Source: a virus. From it: DNA of 64,000 bases. Under the pieces are notes generated by a model. The model searched no databases. It saw only the letters and a program-made list of their open reading frames with translations, and was not told the origin of the DNA. Below are positions 1 through 9,286 of the stretch, piece by piece (positions within the stretch are counted from its first letter, which is position 1; each line of letters opens with the position of its first letter). Location: positions 1 through 64,000 of IMG/VR virus record IMGVR_UViG_3300025875_000005; one strand, written 5' to 3'. A program made the position numbers and the translations under genes.

Positions 1-47
1 AAGATACACCCCCCTGACCTAGTTCGTCAAGGGGTCCCTCAAAGAAA

Positions 48-335
48 CTAGCGGGCGTAACCGCCCTTGGCGAGAGTAGCCCAGAGACGGCGGGCGACCG
101 TAGGGGTCATCTCCTTGACCCAGTGGGTATCCTTCTCGGTATAGGTGACTCGAACATTCTCCGGGGTAACGAGGAAGCCGTATGCCTTGCCGTTGGCGTG
201 ACGAAGAACGTGGAAGGGGTAGTCGCACTCTGCCTCATAGGCAGGATCGACTTCGCTGCCTGCATAGCGCTCGTGAATTGCATCGTAGGCGCTCATGAAA
301 TCTTCGTGGGCAGCTTCCATCTCGTAGTAGTTCAT
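48..335 (-). CDS. hypothetical early protein
   Basis: 95 aa ORF with CCAAGGAGTG RBS (341-350) and upstream promoter. Confidence 0.7.
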   Translation of the reverse strand: MNYYEMEAAHEDFMSAYDAIHERYAGSEVDPAYEAECDYPFHVLRHANGKAYGFLVTPENVRVTYTEKDTHWVKEMTPTVARRLWATLAKGGYAR

Positions 336-430
336 TTCGCCACTCCTTGGCTTACTTCGTTTTTGCTGCCCCCCAGATATACACCCAACCTGGGGGATTC
401 GTCAAGAGACTTCTGCAATCAGTTGCCGAT

Positions 431-601
431 TTAGTTCTCCTCTCGGACGCACACCCAGAGGTTCTTCTCGGCCTTCTCCCAGATCTCTTGCCCGGTCCCC
501 TTGCCAGCCCCGAGAGCGTGGATTCCGTTGGGGTGAAGCTCGCAGCCCCGAGCAAGAATCTCTTCGGTGGTGAGGCGGGTCTCAACAGTGGGGGTCTTCA
601 T
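431..601 (-). CDS. hypothetical early protein (56 aa, MKTPTVETRL...), below the ORF-track cut-off
   Basis: CCAAGGAGTG RBS at 608-617, ATG at 601, TAA at 431-433. Confidence 0.6.
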   Translation of the reverse strand: MKTPTVETRLTTEEILARGCELHPNGIHALGAGKGTGQEIWEKAEKNLWVCVREEN

Positions 602-684
602 TGTGCCACTCCTTGGCTTGGGGCGGGGTTTCTTCCCTGCCCACGAAAAGCACTATGCTCCACCCTCTAGGGTTCGTCAAGGCC

Positions 685-1185
685 TCATTTCACTTCTTGC
701 ACTTTGGCAATCGCCTTGTAGATCCCATCCGCCACCCAACCGTCATGCCCTTCCGGCTTACACCTCTGGAAGTGATGCACCAACTCATGCGTGATTGAGG
801 AGTAGAACTCCCCGTCCCCACCCCAGTTCGAATAGGGGAGCCGGATGACAGGGTAGGCACAGGCGTACTCTCCTTGAACGTAGTTGCCAGTCTCCTTGCT
901 CACGAAGCTCCCAGTCTCGTGGTCTACGTTCACCTGAATCTGGATGACGAGCCCCCCGAGGTCGGCAATCATCTTCTCCTTGTCCCATCCAAGCTCAGAC
1001 TCGAAGGCATCAATCGAGCGGAGGAGGATCGCATCCAGCCCCTCACAGTCATTCGACCCGTTGAGCCGAGTCCGGTGAGCCGTCACGCACCCACCTTCAG
1101 GTGGAACCATCCAGGGCTTCCACTCGACTTCAGGGGAGCCGCCACAAGCGGTGAGGAGGATTATCGCCAGAGAGAGGAATCTCAT
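685..1185 (-). CDS. putative lipoprotein with HExxH zincin-like motif
   Basis: Signal peptide with lipobox LTA-C; HELVHH motif near C-terminus. Confidence 0.6.
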   Translation of the reverse strand: MRFLSLAIILLTACGGSPEVEWKPWMVPPEGGCVTAHRTRLNGSNDCEGLDAILLRSIDAFESELGWDKEKMIADLGGLVIQIQVNVDHETGSFVSKETGNYVQGEYACAYPVIRLPYSNWGGDGEFYSSITHELVHHFQRCKPEGHDGWVADGIYKAIAKVQEVK

Positions 1186-1217
1186 GCCCTGACTCTATAC
1201 CCTCCTTCCCTAGTTCG

Positions 1218-1430
1218 TCAAGGACTTTGTTTCCACCTCTCGCATTTGCACCCTGACTCGTGGCACTTGTCCAGGAAAGACCCGGTGCGAGTAGGTTGAC
1301 TGTGGGCGTCTACTCCGTGCCTGCACTCACACAGTGCAGCGGGGTCAAAGCAACAGCACTCGCATTTCAGGTCCTTGCAGACACCTGTGTGGTAGTGGTG
1401 CCCTCCATTGTGGCCGCACTTGCACATCAT
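1218..1430 (-). CDS. small Cys/His-rich zinc-binding protein
   Basis: Two CxC(G/R)H..H..C..CxC repeats. Confidence 0.5.
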   Translation of the reverse strand: MMCKCGHNGGHHYHTGVCKDLKCECCCFDPAALCECRHGVDAHSQPTRTGSFLDKCHESGCKCERWKQSP

Positions 1431-1663
1431 AGGGTGCCCACCTTTTGGAAGCGCCAGTCATGCCAGTAGGTGTCGTTCTCTTCCAGCCACACCCCAGCGG
1501 TCAGACCTTGGTTCCTCTGCACGGTATAGAGGGCCCCAAGCTTCAATTGGCGCTTGGCGAGTAGGTTCTTGGGGGAGAATTCAGCGGGCTCCACGTTGAT
1601 GCACATCAGCACGTCCCCACGCTTGAGCTTAGTCATCGGCACTCCAGATAGGGATGGGGTCAC
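1427..1663 (-). CDS. hypothetical protein
   Basis: ORF coupled to neighbours. Confidence 0.45.
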   Translation of the reverse strand: MTPSLSGVPMTKLKRGDVLMCINVEPAEFSPKNLLAKRQLKLGALYTVQRNQGLTAGVWLEENDTYWHDWRFQKVGTL

Positions 1664-2129
1664 CCTTGTCCGTGGGCTCCCAGATAGAACTCTTGAGGAC
1701 GAAGATCATCAGGGTATAGCGGCTCACGTGGGCCCATATCGTCTGCCCCTCGAAAGCCTTGATGTGTATCTCTGTGGGCTCCTTGTCAGGAATCAGGTGA
1801 AGGGTGTCACCTGCCTTGCCCCCCAGGGCAACCGTGGTGTTGGAGGTCCACTCCACCTCTGCATACTTCGCTTTGAGGTCGCACTCCAGAATTAGCGTGT
1901 CCTTTGTGTTCCTCAGAGCCCAGATCGCATTGACGTAGACCGACCCTTGAACGACTTCAATCGTCATCGTCTCTCCTAGCGTGACCTTGGTTGCTCTATG
2001 CACTGGCGGGGGCTTCTTGGGCCCCAGGCGGGTCTGGAGGTTGGAGTGATTCCTCTCGTGCCCTCTCTTGTTGGTACAGCGCCACCCGTGACGTGGGTGG
2101 ACGTATCGGCACTGGTCTGCTGAATCCAT
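1629..2129 (-). CDS. hypothetical protein (start uncertain)
   Basis: 166 aa ORF in the minus-strand gene array. Confidence 0.5.
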   Translation of the reverse strand: MDSADQCRYVHPRHGWRCTNKRGHERNHSNLQTRLGPKKPPPVHRATKVTLGETMTIEVVQGSVYVNAIWALRNTKDTLILECDLKAKYAEVEWTSNTTVALGGKAGDTLHLIPDKEPTEIHIKAFEGQTIWAHVSRYTLMIFVLKSSIWEPTDKGDPIPIWSADD

Positions 2130-2135
2130 CAGGTG

Positions 2136-2321
2136 CTAGTCCTCATTGAGGAGGCTATCAACCTGCCAGGGGTCAGTCTCATCCACCGTGTTCAACTCCC
2201 GAGCGGCCTCCTGAGCCTCTTCCTTGCGGACAAAGTACCCAGGGCGGATGACAGTGAGGGGCTTGCCGTCGAGGGGATAAATCGTCCGGTGAAGGTAGTA
2301 AACGGTATCGCTAGCGTACAT
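2136..2321 (-). CDS. small early protein (Y-x-x-RKEEA family)
   Basis: Similar to 3603..3854; start re-assigned to MYASD. Confidence 0.5.
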   Translation of the reverse strand: MYASDTVYYLHRTIYPLDGKPLTVIRPGYFVRKEEAQEAARELNTVDETDPWQVDSLLNED

Positions 2322-2629
2322 TGCGGACTCCCGTGCAACTGATTGCGGTGAGGATGCTTCGTAGGACTCGCTTGATGCTGGGCTTGGCGTTCTCTTCCTC
2401 CCGCTCCCTCTCAAGCTTGCGGCGGTAGGCCTTGTCTGCCTCGTGAATCTTCTCCCACTCTGGATAGGTCATAGGGGCTTGAAGCTGAAAGCGTAGGCAC
2501 GGGGGTAATCAATCCGGGCGACTTCAATTGCTCGGAGGTGGTCAGCCTCAGGGGTGGGCAAGCTGTAGTTACGGACCCAGCTAATCTCTGCCATGCGGGG
2601 TGCCGGTTTAAAAGTTACTCGGTAGCCTT

Positions 2630-2833
2630 TCACAACCCCTCCAATTCAGTCTCGTAGACCCACTTGCTGGCCATTGCCCACGTTGCCGGGGCGGGCATCA
2701 GTTCACAGCGAGCAATGAAGGCCTCGCACTCTTCCTTGAAAGCCTTGGGGGTCTTCTTGGCCAGTGCCACCCAGGCTGCCATGTGTTCCGCGTAGACTGC
2801 CCGGGCTTCTTCTACCGTGTATGCCTTGAACAT
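2630..2833 (-). CDS. hypothetical early protein
   Basis: CCAAGGAGTG RBS before ATG 2833; promoter at 2898. Confidence 0.6.
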   Translation of the reverse strand: MFKAYTVEEARAVYAEHMAAWVALAKKTPKAFKEECEAFIARCELMPAPATWAMASKWVYETELEGL

Positions 2834-2919
2834 TGCCCCACTCCTTGGGAAGCGACTCGCAAGCCGCAAAGACGTTCTACACCCCCTGACTACCGTTCGT
2901 CAAGGGGTATTTTGAAGGA

Positions 2920-3171
2920 CTAGATTTCCTCGAAGCGGACCGTAGGGGCCCCGATTGCAATCTTGGTCTCGCTGAGGGTCCCGAAGCCCCCCACAAGCAA
3001 CCCGCTGAACCGGTACTTGTTGGGCATCCCCTTGTTGGTGGGAATCTTGAGCTTCTCAACAACCATATCCTGAGCCTTGAAGAACGTCTCTGCCTCCACC
3101 TCAATCATCGCAACTGCCTTGCCGTATCCCCCGTGCCCGCGCGCCTTCTGGAGACAAATCGTGTGAACCAT
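2920..3171 (-). CDS. hypothetical early protein
   Basis: CCAAGGAGTG RBS before ATG 3171; promoter at 3244. Confidence 0.6.
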   Translation of the reverse strand: MVHTICLQKARGHGGYGKAVAMIEVEAETFFKAQDMVVEKLKIPTNKGMPNKYRFSGLLVGGFGTLSETKIAIGAPTVRFEEI

Positions 3172-3602
3172 TTCCCACTCCTTGGAAGGTGGCGGGGTTT
3201 CTTCCCAACCACGAAAGAGAAGATACACCCCCTCTCCCCAGTTCGTCAAGGCCCTTCTGCAATCAGTTGCGGATTTTGAGGATGACCGTCAGCTTCCCGT
3301 AGAGCGTTACTCTCGGGCCTGGACCTATACGCCCGTCCCAGAGCAGTCCCACGAGGGGGAAGTACGTCCGTGGGGGGAGGTGGAGAGTGAAGGTGCCACG
3401 ATACCCAGCCCTGTAGAGGCTGAGCATGTAGCTCTTCAAGGTCTTCTCTTCAGATCTCATTGCGGGCGGGGGCATGGGCAGGACAAAAGGCCTCTCCCTT
3501 CTTGGCCGCCCGCTCACAGGGCCTCTGAAGCCAGGGCTTGTACTTCGAATTCGTCTTCACCCAGGCTTCGCAGATGTAAACCTTCCTGTGGTCGAGCTTC
3601 AT

Positions 3603-3854
3603 TTAGATGTCTCCGTGGTCAGTGCCATAGCTCTCAGGGTAGGCAGCGTAAGCATCAGCGGGGGTGGGGGTCGGGTCCCAGGTCTTCTCCACATACCAGT
3701 GGTCAGCGCTAGGGGGGAGAGCATCGTTGAGGGCCTTAGCCGCTGCCTCAGCGCTTTCCTTGCGGTAGTAGGTCTCCTCCTTGGTCCCGATGTTCCGAGT
3801 CCCGCGCTCTTCGTCCACTTCCTCAATCATCAGGTAGTAAGCGATCCGACCCAT
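3603..3854 (-). CDS. small early protein (Y-x-RKESA family)
   Basis: CCAAGGAGTG RBS; promoter at 3910. Confidence 0.65.
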   Translation of the reverse strand: MGRIAYYLMIEEVDEERGTRNIGTKEETYYRKESAEAAAKALNDALPPSADHWYVEKTWDPTPTPADAYAAYPESYGTDHGDI

Positions 3855-3895
3855 TTGCCACTCCTTGGCTAGTTGCTGCCTCTCTCTTCTACACC

Positions 3896-4132
3896 CTACT
3901 TGAAGCGTTCGTCAAGCTCTTTCCTCTCTTGCTTGTGGCGAGCTTCCATCTCCTCTCGCTCCTTCTTGTGGAGTTGGTTCATGTACGCTCGCGCACGGGC
4001 CTCCTTGGCAACCTCTAGCAGGTCAGCGGCAAGAGCTTCTGCCGCGTCAGGGTCCATACCCTCTTCGGGCCCCGACACATAGACAGAGCCATCAGAGGAT
4101 GCTGAGGCGTAACCGTATTCTTTCTTGGTCAT
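3896..4132 (-). CDS. hypothetical coiled-coil protein
   Basis: ATGA overlap with upstream gene. Confidence 0.55.
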   Translation of the reverse strand: MTKKEYGYASASSDGSVYVSGPEEGMDPDAAEALAADLLEVAKEARARAYMNQLHKKEREEMEARHKQERKELDERFK

Positions 4133-4311
4133 TGTCCGTCCTTTATGCAGTAGATGCCGCTCTCATAGCTCTCTGCCTTCCAGCAAGTCACCTTGGCCTG
4201 TTCATCCCGGCAGCGGGAGAAGGCGTAGTCCAGTTTCACGCAAGAACCTGTCTTGCTTGCTGGTTTGGAACCACAGGCGAGGGTAAGGGCAAGTAAAAGA
4301 AAAGCCTTCAT
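4129..4311 (-). CDS. small putative lipoprotein
   Basis: MKAFLLLALTLA-C lipobox, four further Cys. Confidence 0.6.
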   Translation of the reverse strand: MKAFLLLALTLACGSKPASKTGSCVKLDYAFSRCRDEQAKVTCWKAESYESGIYCIKDGQ

Positions 4312-4336
4312 GCGTTCTCCGGTGCAATTGGTTGCG

Positions 4337-4537
4337 CTACTTCACCCAGGTATGGGTGTGTCCGTCATGCTCCCAGTGGCGAATGAGGTCGTGAGGGCTG
4401 GCAAAGTAGCACTGGCCCCTCTTCCGCCCATCCTGCTCCCAGGTGAGCGTGAACCTGAACTTGCCCTCGTGGTTGGGCTTCTCGTTAGGGCTGTCGGGGG
4501 TGATCGTGAAGTGAAGGGTCTTCTTCGTGGTTTCCAT
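4337..4537 (-). CDS. hypothetical early protein
   Basis: Directly downstream of promoter 4568. Confidence 0.55.
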   Translation of the reverse strand: METTKKTLHFTITPDSPNEKPNHEGKFRFTLTWEQDGRKRGQCYFASPHDLIRHWEHDGHTHTWVK

Positions 4538-4682
4538 GTGTCTGTTCTACACCCGTTCTCTCTAGTTCGTCAAGAACCCTGATGAACTTTCTTTGTGTGG
4601 GGGTATCCATAAGCTGAGCTTAAAAATTAGGTCCCAGTCTCGGGATTTTCTCCCTTCCCGGAATCTAGCCCCCCAAGTTTTT

Positions 4683-5051
4683 CTAATACCCGAAGGCAGG
4701 TGCCCAGCGCATCACTTCCTTCCGGGTGATGAGGTCGATCTTCTTCGTGATGGGGGCAATCGTTCCGTCAGTCATCTTGAAATTCTTGCCGCTGAAGGCC
4801 CAACTCCAGAGGTACTCAGTGAAGCCAGCCTCAATGAGGGGCTTCACATCCTTCTGGGTGAGGTGGCCCTTCTTGATAATCTCAGCGACTTCCTTGGTAG
4901 CGGGGTTGACCGCGAAGGTGATGCTGAACCCTCCAGTGGTGCCCCCCTTACGGACGTGGGCAACGATCTCCTTGGGGTTCGTGCTCTCAAGATTGTGGGT
5001 CCGGGTCTCTCGAAGTCCCTCGGTCGTCTCAATCATCATCGCGGTAGCCAT
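4683..5051 (-). CDS. hypothetical early protein
   Basis: CCAAGGAGTG RBS; promoter at 5108. Confidence 0.65.
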   Translation of the reverse strand: MATAMMIETTEGLRETRTHNLESTNPKEIVAHVRKGGTTGGFSITFAVNPATKEVAEIIKKGHLTQKDVKPLIEAGFTEYLWSWAFSGKNFKMTDGTIAPITKKIDLITRKEVMRWAPAFGY

Positions 5052-5117
5052 TTTTTCCACTCCTTGGAAAGTCCTGCCCCCCAGTTATACGCCCACTCTC
5101 TGGGGTTCGTCAAGCTC

Positions 5118-5303
5118 CTACTGATGGACTTCGATTTCTTCTATCTCGTAGTTGCCGGGAGAGTCACCGTTATCCCGCATGTGGTCCGCTTGATAGGCCA
5201 GGGCAGACTTCCTCTGGAAGAAGTAACCCAAGGTCTTCTGTTGGTAGTACCCGTTCACGTAGTTGAGCTTGTAGATAATCATGGGGTCCGCAACCAGTTG
5301 CAC
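5118..5303 (-). CDS. small early protein
   Basis: GYFFQRKSA...YEIEEIEV pattern. Confidence 0.5.
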   Translation of the reverse strand: MQLVADPMIIYKLNYVNGYYQQKTLGYFFQRKSALAYQADHMRDNGDSPGNYEIEEIEVHQ

Positions 5304-5618
5304 TCAGCTGAAGGCAGCCAGTTCCAGGTGAACGTCGCACTTCATCTTGCCAATGCGAGCCCCACACTTACACCCAGGGGCCGCACAGTCATTCTCCAGG
5401 GCAAGCCGCTCGATGCAGATAACCACGTCACCCTCAGCTTCTCCCACGAGGATACGGTTGGTCCCAGCGGCCTTGGCGAGGGCGTGGAGGTCCAGGTAGC
5501 TCACCACATATCCCTTGGGGGCGTAGATCTCGACCACGTTCTTGTGGGGGAACCGCTTGTAGGTGGTACCGGGGAGGGTATTGCGAACGAGGGCTTCAAA
5601 GGCGCTGTAGGTAGTCAT
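5304..5618 (-). CDS. hypothetical early protein with C-terminal Cys cluster
   Basis: CCAAGGAG RBS; promoter at 5682. Confidence 0.6.
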   Translation of the reverse strand: MTTYSAFEALVRNTLPGTTYKRFPHKNVVEIYAPKGYVVSYLDLHALAKAAGTNRILVGEAEGDVVICIERLALENDCAAPGCKCGARIGKMKCDVHLELAAFS

Positions 5619-5749
5619 TTGAGTCTCCTTGGGTTGGTTCTCGCCAACCACGAAAAGGACTATGCCCCTCCTTCTTTAGTTCGTCAAGCCTGTTTATTTG
5701 AGGGGGCTGATTATTATGGGGGTTTGTGGGTGGACCTACGACTAGAGCG

Positions 5750-6031
5750 TTAGGGCTTCCTCTTGGTGCAGATAGTCTCCGTACAGGCATGGGTAGGTGA
5801 GACGTACCAGCTGATGCAATAGCCTTGGGGGTTGTAGAAGGTGCAGGTCTGATGGCCCCCGCACATGGCTGGTACTTCCTTCTCTTCGATGCATGGATGG
5901 AAGATGGCTCTGTGGATGAGGTAGATGGTTGCCAGGACTACCAGAGCCCCCAGCCCAAGCATGACTACTTCATCCGCATGGAAGCCTCTCTTGAGAGAGC
6001 CTCCATAGCTATAGACGTTTGGTTCTTTCAT
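5750..6031 (-). CDS. membrane-anchored Cys-rich protein
   Basis: One hydrophobic helix and six Cys; RBS and promoter 6084. Confidence 0.6.
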   Translation of the reverse strand: MKEPNVYSYGGSLKRGFHADEVVMLGLGALVVLATIYLIHRAIFHPCIEEKEVPAMCGGHQTCTFYNPQGYCISWYVSPTHACTETICTKRKP

Positions 6032-6097
6032 TGGCCCCACTCCTTGGGTTGGCCCCTCATAGATACACCCTCTTTCGAGGGTTCGTCAAGGGGCTTC

Positions 6098-6268
6098 TTA
6101 AACTACTTCGTCGGCTTCCCTGATGAGGGTAATCATCAGGTCGTAGCGGTCGGGTTGGTCCTCATCCCATTGAAGAGGGAGCCCACAGGTAGGGCACAAC
6201 CAGCATCCCTGCTGATCGACATCTACCTGCCCGCATTCCCAGCAAGGCCTGTCGGTCCTGAAGTCCAT
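6098..6268 (-). CDS. small zinc-ribbon protein
   Basis: CWEC...CPTC. Confidence 0.45.
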   Translation of the reverse strand: MDFRTDRPCWECGQVDVDQQGCWLCPTCGLPLQWDEDQPDRYDLMITLIREADEVV

Positions 6269-6907
6269 AGGACCCACATTTTGCAACCAATTGCGGGATG
6301 AGTCAAAACGGTTTGCCGGGGAGTCTGCCCTGGAGGTAGCGCGCAACCTGCCGCTTCTTCTCCGGGCTCATCTCATCCCAGGCTGCCCCCTTGGGTTGTG
6401 GCTTCTGAGCCACCTTCTTCTCCTTGGGGGTGCTGAAATTCGAGGTCGCGTCGTCTTTCCATGACTTGGCCATGGGGAGAAGATTGTCCCCTCCCTATGG
6501 TATGGCGTCAAGAGAGATAACGACGATTCTCTGGGGTTTTAGGCCTACTCTTACTCACCCGCACTGCCTTGTTGATGCGATGCCCCCGGTAAGCTGCATG
6601 GATGACCAGGGCAATGGTCGCGTGGAGGATGAGAAGGGTGATGAAGCCTTCGGGGCTGGCCATGAAAGACTTGAACATTAGTCCATCCAGTAAGAGAGGT
6701 CTTGGTTGTCGTCTTTGAAGAGGAAGCTGAGCCCCACAGAAAACAGGGTCAGCGTTGCCATCCCGATACCCATCAGAAGCTCTGGCGATTCCCACATAAT
6801 CGTCCCCCTCGTTCAGAGGGACACGATAGCCCAGAAGAGGATGGCTGCTCCTACAAGGGGGATAATGATTGGCCAGCCAAATGTGTGAAACAGGGCAAAT
6901 AGAAACA

Positions 6908-7159
6908 TCAGCCCCGCGACGGCGCGGATACTTCTGGCGATCCACTTCTGCACTCTCTTAGCTCTCCCAGGAAGTACGGGTGAAGGGTGACGAGACACTC
7001 CAGTGCCTCCGCAAAGTTGGCACCTACTCCCAGCGTTCCCTGACGTGGGGATAGGATGACTACTGTTTTGAGCGCATAGCCCGCTGGGCTTGGAAGAGCG
7101 TGACTCGTCCCTGGGAACTTCTTCAGGTACAGCGCTAAGTCTCGCCATGTGATGGTCAC
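6908..7159 (-). CDS. hypothetical protein
   Basis: GTGA overlap with dut. Confidence 0.45.
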   Translation of the reverse strand: MTITWRDLALYLKKFPGTSHALPSPAGYALKTVVILSPRQGTLGVGANFAEALECLVTLHPYFLGELRECRSGSPEVSAPSRG

Positions 7160-7728
7160 TTGCCTGAGCTTCCAAAAGAGCCAGAGCCCCGCACGGTCAC
7201 GTCATCAACGGTCCCCTCTTCCACGTAGAGGTCAGAGGAGTCATTGAGGACAAGCATCTGAGCGATGCGCTGGCCCTTCTCAATCGTCACAGCGCTCTCC
7301 CCCAGGTTATGCACGGCCAGGAAGATCTCGCCCCGATAGTCATTGTCCACGACACCCACGATGTGGAGGCGATTGATGGTCGCAGACGAGCGTGCCCTGA
7401 TGTCCCCGAACATCCCAGCGGGAAGCTTGCAGCGGAGGCCCGTGGGCACCTTGGCGGTCGCCTTGGGCATGATGGTGATGGTGTCCCCCAGGTAGAAGTC
7501 GAACCCTGCCGCGTGAGCACTACCACGGGTGGGGAGCTTCACATCGGGGTAGCGTCCGGTCTTCTCAACTTTGATCACAGAATCCCTCCATGGCTGGTCA
7601 CTGGCTAGATACTCGTCCATCTGATTCGACGCACATTCAACGAGGTCACGGCACTCCTTGACCCACTTCTTGCCCACTGCAATCAGCTGCACGTCTCGGT
7701 GTTCTTTCTTGCAGTGGACGCATTTCAT
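7156..7728 (-). CDS. dut: trimeric dUTPase with N-terminal Cys-containing extension
   Basis: AGFDF, ARSS, GVVDNDYRGEI, RIAQ, RGSGSFGSSG motifs I-V. Confidence 0.93.
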   Translation of the reverse strand: MKCVHCKKEHRDVQLIAVGKKWVKECRDLVECASNQMDEYLASDQPWRDSVIKVEKTGRYPDVKLPTRGSAHAAGFDFYLGDTITIMPKATAKVPTGLRCKLPAGMFGDIRARSSATINRLHIVGVVDNDYRGEIFLAVHNLGESAVTIEKGQRIAQMLVLNDSSDLYVEEGTVDDVTVRGSGSFGSSGK

Positions 7729-8378
7729 TTTGCTAGCCTTTGCAGTAGGTCAGTGACAACTGACCATATTGTAGCCTCCACGTGGTCAATTGTCTGTGTA
7801 CCATCCACCATGACCCAGTGACTGCTCGCTGGCCCCCGCTCAAGGGTTGATACCCGGTCGTAGGCGTTCCTTGCCTGCTGCATGGCCCCCCGCTGATTCT
7901 CGTAGCGGTCGGTCCTCCCGCGTGCCCCTTGCCTTGCCAGAGCCGTATCCACGTCGATATCCACGTAGAGGGTCAGGTCAGGCTGGGGGAACCCATGTCC
8001 CAGCATTCGCATATGGTCGAAGCCCAGCCCATCAACGCCCGACCCATAGGCAACGCCAGAGCCCCAGTACCTATCGAGCACCAGGATCTTGCGATGGTTC
8101 TCGGAGAAGTCCTTGAGCATGGCCATGTGCTCAAGTCGATTGGCCACCATGGCGCACTGGAAGCCCAGCGCATCATCAGGGGCAACCAGGGAGGTCGGGT
8201 CCGTCTCCACAAGCTCAACCTGCTTATGCAGCCACTTCTCAATCAGCTTGCCGATGGGGGTAGCGTAGTCAGGGAACTTCTGGAAGGTCGTGGGGTGGAA
8301 CATCTTCAGGCGAGTAACGAGCCGCTCTGCCTGCGTGCTCTTGCCGCTGCCGTCGATGCCCTCTAGCGCGATAATCAT
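7725..8378 (-). CDS. tmk: thymidylate kinase
   Basis: EGIDGSGKST P-loop, DRY motif, PDLTLYVD. Confidence 0.93.
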   Translation of the reverse strand: MIIALEGIDGSGKSTQAERLVTRLKMFHPTTFQKFPDYATPIGKLIEKWLHKQVELVETDPTSLVAPDDALGFQCAMVANRLEHMAMLKDFSENHRKILVLDRYWGSGVAYGSGVDGLGFDHMRMLGHGFPQPDLTLYVDIDVDTALARQGARGRTDRYENQRGAMQQARNAYDRVSTLERGPASSHWVMVDGTQTIDHVEATIWSVVTDLLQRLAK

Positions 8379-8731
8379 TGGGCCCTTCCCAGGAGTGTAT
8401 TGAGGACGCGAGTCCAGAATGAAGGCAGGTTCAAGGAGCTATCTCCGAGCGTGGGCACAGGCAGGTTCTTGATGGCCACGGCATAGGGCTCGTTGAGCAC
8501 TTCCATCCGGTACTGAAGGAGGATCACAGCGGGGAGCTTATAGTGCCCCAGTAGCTCACCCCAGGTGAATGAACGAAGCTCTTCAGGGTCTGCGTAATAC
8601 TTGGTGGTGGTAGCCTTGCCTTCAACATGCTCCACCGTCTTGGAGACGCTCAACGCTTTCATCGGGCCTTCTTTAGGAAGTAGTAAATTTGGGCCTGAGG
8701 GGTAGTCAGGCGCGGGAAGAATCTCGGGCAT
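8375..8731 (-). CDS. hypothetical protein
   Basis: ORF coupled to tmk. Confidence 0.5.
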   Translation of the reverse strand: MPEILPAPDYPSGPNLLLPKEGPMKALSVSKTVEHVEGKATTTKYYADPEELRSFTWGELLGHYKLPAVILLQYRMEVLNEPYAVAIKNLPVPTLGDSSLNLPSFWTRVLNTLLGRAQ

Positions 8732-8747
8732 TCAATGGGGACAAGGC

Positions 8748-8784
8748 AAAAGCACGTAGGCCCGTTTGAAGTCGGGTCTGACGT
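8748..8784 (-). terminator. putative intrinsic terminator
   Basis: Imperfect hairpin ACGTCAGACCCG-loop-CGGGCCTACGT followed by GCTTTTG. Confidence 0.4.
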
Positions 8785-8850
8785 AGAACTGAGTCTGCAC
8801 TCAGTTGCAGAAGGCTTCTTCATAAACCTCCCACTCCTTGGGCTAAATAG

Positions 8851-9048
8851 CTAGTTCTGGAACTTCTCGTACCTTGCCGCTTCAGCCAAATCAAGGTCAA
8901 TCGAGAGCACAACGTGGGCTTCGGTCGGGTCCAGCATGGGACCCAGGTGCTCCGTACAGGAATGGAACTCTAGCCCCTCATCTTCCTCGGGGTAGATGAC
9001 CCAATCAGCCAGACACCCACACTCCAGGAAGGCGCACGTTGGAAGCAT
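8851..9048 (-). CDS. small Cys/His protein
   Basis: CxxxxC...CxxH; follows TAGACA promoter variant at 9080. Confidence 0.5.
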   Translation of the reverse strand: MLPTCAFLECGCLADWVIYPEEDEGLEFHSCTEHLGPMLDPTEAHVVLSIDLDLAEAARYEKFQN

Positions 9049-9286
9049 GGCCCTTAGTATGCCTTCCCGGTCGCAGTGTTGTCTAGTTAGCCCCTATTTT
9101 CAGGGGGTACCTTGTAGGTTAAGAGCGGACCCAACGATAGGCAGCCCGAGTCCAGAGCACAGGCATGAGCACACGGCCAGTCAAGGTGATTTGAAGTGAG
9201 ATCTTGCCGCTCTCCTCAATCCAACGAAAGCAATGCTGATCCAGCCAGAACTTCTTGAACATTCATGCCCCTGCCGTCAATAGCTG

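Larger units (their letters stand above)
1..6089 (-). promoter_or_regulatory. Array of 11 related sigma70-like early promoters (TTGACG-AA...~18 bp...TANNNT-like)
   Basis: -35 TTGACG (cgtcaa on +) at 25, 400, 675, 1216, 2898, 3244, 3910, 4568, 5108, 5682, 6084, mostly followed by AAC and a GGGTG/TA-type -10 region; each precedes a small gene or gene group. Confidence 0.8.

Noticed and set aside
4575-4682. AT-richer intergenic gap as a genome terminus or pac site
   Set aside because: No repeat or structure supports it; read data would be needed.
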